Shown: one piece after another, positions 60,760 through 64,000 of the stretch
Layout: every line of letters begins with the position of its first letter
Numbering within the stretch: position 1 is the stretch's first letter
Assembly: GCA_963604975.1 (NCBI GenBank)
Contig: CAVCSC010000008.1
Coordinates: 1,167 to 65,166, forward strand
Reading direction: 5' to 3'
Length of the DNA: 64,000 nt
Origin: Lachnospiraceae bacterium
GTDB taxonomy: Bacteria > Bacteroidota > Bacteroidia > Bacteroidales > Bacteroidaceae
The notes under the pieces: generated by a model
The model's database searches: none
What the model saw: only the letters and a program-made list of their open reading frames with translations
Told to the model about the DNA's origin: nothing
Translations under genes and position numbers: made by a program

Positions 60760-60987
60760 ATGGAAAAGAAAAACTATGCTTTCGACAAGGTCAACTTCAT
60801 CTTGCTCGCAGCAGGCATGATCGTCGTCATCATCGGTTTCATCCTGATGAGCGGCGGCAATTCTGACGAACATACCTTCGATGCCGCCATCTTCAGCACA
60901 CGCCGCATCTGCGTAGCCCCCATCGTATGCTTCGTGGGCTTCATCTCCATGATCTACGCCATCATGCGCAAGCCCAAAGACAACTGA
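60760..60987 (+). CDS. DUF3098 family small membrane protein
   Basis: F.K.NFILL..G.....IGFILM.G...IFS.RRI.VAP. Confidence 0.85.
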   Translation: MEKKNYAFDKVNFILLAAGMIVVIIGFILMSGGNSDEHTFDAAIFSTRRICVAPIVCFVGFISMIYAIMRKPKDN

Positions 60988-61040
60988 TAGCGCACGCGAC
61001 AGACAGACATTTTTTCAACAACCCAAAACATCAAGCAAAC

Positions 61041-61838
61041 GTGAGCTGGTTACAAGCACTCATCCTTGGACTCATACAAGGCCTTACCGAATATCTACCC
61101 GTCAGCAGCAGTGGCCACCTGGCCATCGGCGCACATCTCTTCGGCATCGACGGAGCCGACAACCTGACCTTCACCATCCTCGTACACGTGGCCACCGTGC
61201 TCAGCACCCTTGTCATACTGTGGAAGGAGATAGACTGGATACTGAAGGGACTCTTCCGCTTCCAGTTGAACGAGGAGACCAAATATTTTGGCAATATCGT
61301 CCTCTCTATGATACCCGTCGGCATCGTGGGCGTATTTTTCAAGAAGCAGGTAGAACAGGTGTTCGGTGAGGGGCTCGCCATCGTTGGCGCCATGCTCTTG
61401 CTGACCGCCGTCCTCCTCATCTTCTCCTACTACGCCAAGCCCCGACAGAGCGAAAACATCAGTTGGTGGCAGGCGCTTGTCATCGGCATCGCACAGGCCT
61501 GCGCTGTCATGCCCGGATTGTCACGCTCGGGCTCAACCATCGCCACCGGTCTGCTCTGCGGCTGCAAGAAGGAAAAACTCGCACAGTTCTCCTTCCTCAT
61601 GGTCATCCCGCCCATCCTCGGTGAAGCCCTGCTCGACGTGCTCAAAGGCATCAAGGGCGAAGAAGCCTTCGGCGGCATCGACGTCCTGCCAATGGTGGTC
61701 GGCTTTTTGGCCGCATTCGTGTCGGGCTGCATCGCCTGCAAATGGATGATCAATATCGTGAAGAAAGGAAAGCTCGTATACTTCGGCATCTACTGTGCCA
61801 TAGCCGGTGCCATCACCCTCCTTTGCTCGTACCTGTAA
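61041..61838 (+). CDS. uppP: Undecaprenyl-diphosphate phosphatase
   Basis: [33 protein letters not shown] start. Confidence 0.95.
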   Translation: MSWLQALILGLIQGLTEYLPVSSSGHLAIGAHLFGIDGADNLTFTILVHVATVLSTLVILWKEIDWILKGLFRFQLNEETKYFGNIVLSMIPVGIVGVFFKKQVEQVFGEGLAIVGAMLLLTAVLLIFSYYAKPRQSENISWWQALVIGIAQACAVMPGLSRSGSTIATGLLCGCKKEKLAQFSFLMVIPPILGEALLDVLKGIKGEEAFGGIDVLPMVVGFLAAFVSGCIACKWMINIVKKGKLVYFGIYCAIAGAITLLCSYL

Positions 61839-61903
61839 TCAGGGCAGATCTCACCACAGTTTACCCCACATAGCGTAATAGACCACCATAGCGTAGAACG
61901 ACC

Positions 61904-62626
61904 ATGAACTTTCAGGAAGGCGAAATCATCGCCATCAACAAGCCCTACCGCATGTCGAGTTTCGGAGCCCTGGCGCGCGTGCGCTACCTCATCTCGAAGC
62001 GTATCGGTGTCAAGCGCGTGAAAACAGGACACGCCGGCACGCTCGACCCGTTGGCCACCGGCGTACTCGTACTCTGCACCGGCCGCAAGACCAAGCAGAT
62101 CGAAAGCCTCCAAGCCCACATCAAGGAGTATACGGCCACCCTGCAACTCGGAGCCACCACCGCCAGTTACGACATGGAGCATGAGGTGAACGCCACCTAC
62201 CCCACCGCACACATCACCCGCCAACTCGTCCTCGACACGCTCACCCAGTTTGTGGGCGACATACAGCAGGTGCCCCCGACATACAGCGCCTGCAAGGTCA
62301 ACGGCAACCGCGCCTACGAACTGCGCCGCAAGGGACGCGACGTGGAACTGGCCCCAAAAAACATACACATCGACGAGATAGAACTGACCTCGTTTGATGA
62401 AGAGAAGATGCAGATGAGCATCCGCGTCGTCTGCGGCAAAGGCACCTACATCCGCGCACTGGCCCGCGACATCGGCCGGGCACTCAATAGCGGCGCCTAC
62501 CTCACCGCCCTATGCCGCACACGCTCAGGCGACGTGAGAATAGAAGACTGTATCGATTTCGACAATTTAGAAACCTGGCTCGACCAGATAGAAATAGAAA
62601 CCAACGTAGCGAACAACAAGCAATGA
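61904..62626 (+). CDS. truB: tRNA pseudouridine(55) synthase
   Basis: KTGHAGTLDPLATGVL, QVPP.YSA.K, CGKGTYIRALARD. Confidence 0.97.
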   Translation: MNFQEGEIIAINKPYRMSSFGALARVRYLISKRIGVKRVKTGHAGTLDPLATGVLVLCTGRKTKQIESLQAHIKEYTATLQLGATTASYDMEHEVNATYPTAHITRQLVLDTLTQFVGDIQQVPPTYSACKVNGNRAYELRRKGRDVELAPKNIHIDEIELTSFDEEKMQMSIRVVCGKGTYIRALARDIGRALNSGAYLTALCRTRSGDVRIEDCIDFDNLETWLDQIEIETNVANNKQ

Positions 62627-63789
62627 AGTTATCACAATTCAAATTCAAACTACCTGAAGAACAAATCGCACTCTACCCCCACAGTATTGTACGCGAATTC
62701 ACCAACGCCAACGGCAAGAAGGAGTCCTTCCGCGTCACCCGGCGCGACGAATGCCGACTGATGGTGCTGCACCGCAAGTCACAACGGATAGAGATGTTCA
62801 AGAAAGACGAACAGGGCAACCCCATTGAAGGCGAATATCTGGACTTCCGCAACATACTCGACTACTTCGACGAGGGCGACACCTTCATCTTCAACGACAC
62901 CAAGGTATTCCCCGCCCGTCTCTACGGAACCAAGGAGAAGACCGACGCCAAGATTGAAGTATTCCTCCTGCGCGAACTCAACGAGGAGATGCGCCTCTGG
63001 GACGTACTCGTAGAGCCCGCCCGCAAGATACGTATCGGCAACAAACTCTTCTTCGACGAGAGCGGCACCATGGTCGCTGAGGTCATCGACAACACCACCA
63101 GCCGCGGCCGCACCCTGCGCTTTCTCTACGACTGTCCCCACGACGAGTTCAAGCGCGAACTCTACTCCCTTGGCGAGTCTCCGCTGCCCCGATACATCAT
63201 CGACCGTCGCGAAGACCATCATGCCACCAAAGACGACTTCACCGACTTCCAGTGTATCTTCGCCCAAAACGAGGGCGCTGTCACCGCACCTGCTACCGGC
63301 CTGCACTTCAGCCGCGAACTGATGAAGCGTATGGAGATACGCGGCTTCAATTTCGCCTACATCACCCTGCACTGCGGTTTGGGCAACTTCCACGACATCG
63401 AGGTAGAAGACCTCACCAAGCACAAGATGGACTCCGAACAGATGCACATCGGCGCTGAAGCCTGCCAAATCGTCAACAACACCAAACGCAACGGCCACCA
63501 CGTATGCGCCGTAGGTACCAGCGTAGTCAAGGCCACCGAGACCGCCGTCGGCACAGACGGCATGCTCAAGGAGTATGAGGGATGGACCAACAAGTTTATC
63601 TTCCCGCCCTACGACTTCGGACTGGCTGACTCTATGGTAGCCAACTTCTACCATCCCTACTCCACCCTTCTGATGGAGACCGCCGCATTTGGTGGCTACG
63701 ACATCGTCATGGAAGCCTATGAGACGGCTGTGAAGCACGGATACATGTTCGGCTGCTACGGCGACTCTCTGCTCATCCTCAACGACTGA
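62623..63789 (+). CDS. queA: S-adenosylmethionine:tRNA ribosyltransferase-isomerase
   Basis: F.LPEEQIA..P, NDTKVFPARL, PLP.YI, GAV.AP..GLHF, TLH.GLG, NFY.P.STLL, YGD; ATGA overlap with truB. Confidence 0.93.
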   Translation: MKLSQFKFKLPEEQIALYPHSIVREFTNANGKKESFRVTRRDECRLMVLHRKSQRIEMFKKDEQGNPIEGEYLDFRNILDYFDEGDTFIFNDTKVFPARLYGTKEKTDAKIEVFLLRELNEEMRLWDVLVEPARKIRIGNKLFFDESGTMVAEVIDNTTSRGRTLRFLYDCPHDEFKRELYSLGESPLPRYIIDRREDHHATKDDFTDFQCIFAQNEGAVTAPATGLHFSRELMKRMEIRGFNFAYITLHCGLGNFHDIEVEDLTKHKMDSEQMHIGAEACQIVNNTKRNGHHVCAVGTSVVKATETAVGTDGMLKEYEGWTNKFIFPPYDFGLADSMVANFYHPYSTLLMETAAFGGYDIVMEAYETAVKHGYMFGCYGDSLLILND

Positions 63790-63840
63790 CAAACGACAAG
63801 GCGCAGTCCGCCCCGCTGCCGCCTCCATATACCGACATCC

Positions 63841-64000
63841 ATGCACAAGGCATACCTTTCCTTGGGAACCAACATAGGCAACCGCGAACGCAACATCAGC
63901 GACGCGGTTGTCCTTTTGTCTTCTACGGCCGGCACCGTAGTACGCCTCTCGTCACTCTTCGAGACAGAACCGTGGGGCTTCGACTCCCCCCATCGGTTTA
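63841..64000 (+). CDS. folK: 2-amino-4-hydroxy-6-hydroxymethyldihydropteridine diphosphokinase (3'-truncated by window edge)
   Basis: Hand translation MHKAYLSLGTNIGNR...SSLFETEPWGF. Confidence 0.9.
   Translation, partial: MHKAYLSLGTNIGNRERNISDAVVLLSSTAGTVVRLSSLFETEPWGFDSPHRF

Overview
Core-genome window of a Bacteroidota bacterium, most likely Prevotella-like. That assignment is inferred from gene order, TAnnTTTG promoters and A-rich, SD-less start regions. Most of it is ordinary housekeeping and carbohydrate content: rplY-pth-Hsp15, nusB-yajC-coaE, tpiA, folE, xth, tRNA-Pro(GGG), rpsO, aroB, a CCA-adding enzyme, an RND efflux pump with an LpxA paralog, xylBAE, lysS-gpsA-pgi, a GH29/CBM9-like/PNGase trio, trxA-dnaE, psd-pssA and ftsX-uppP-truB-queA-folK. 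The best candidate for an undescribed system is a three-gene cassette at 22065-28895: a large SNF2 helicase, a RavA/MoxR-type AAA+ ATPase and a ViaA-like vWA protein. It looks compositionally different, is bracketed by copies of a dispersed intergenic motif and carries a synonymous 20-bp duplication of the helicase 3' end. Other notable items are a dispersed REP-like motif (~AGGYGKGTTCTRAAA, more than a dozen intergenic copies), two in-frame gene fusions with apparent internal starts (coaE+DUF5606-like, membrane protein+tpiA), a secreted RDRYG-repeat protein coupled to an unlisted 55-aa ORF, a sigma54-type promoter with an inverted repeat upstream of hsp20, an orphan promoter-like 22-mer, and several short tandem arrays. 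No CRISPR array, transposase, integrase or rRNA was seen. Family names come from motif recognition only; no database search was run.
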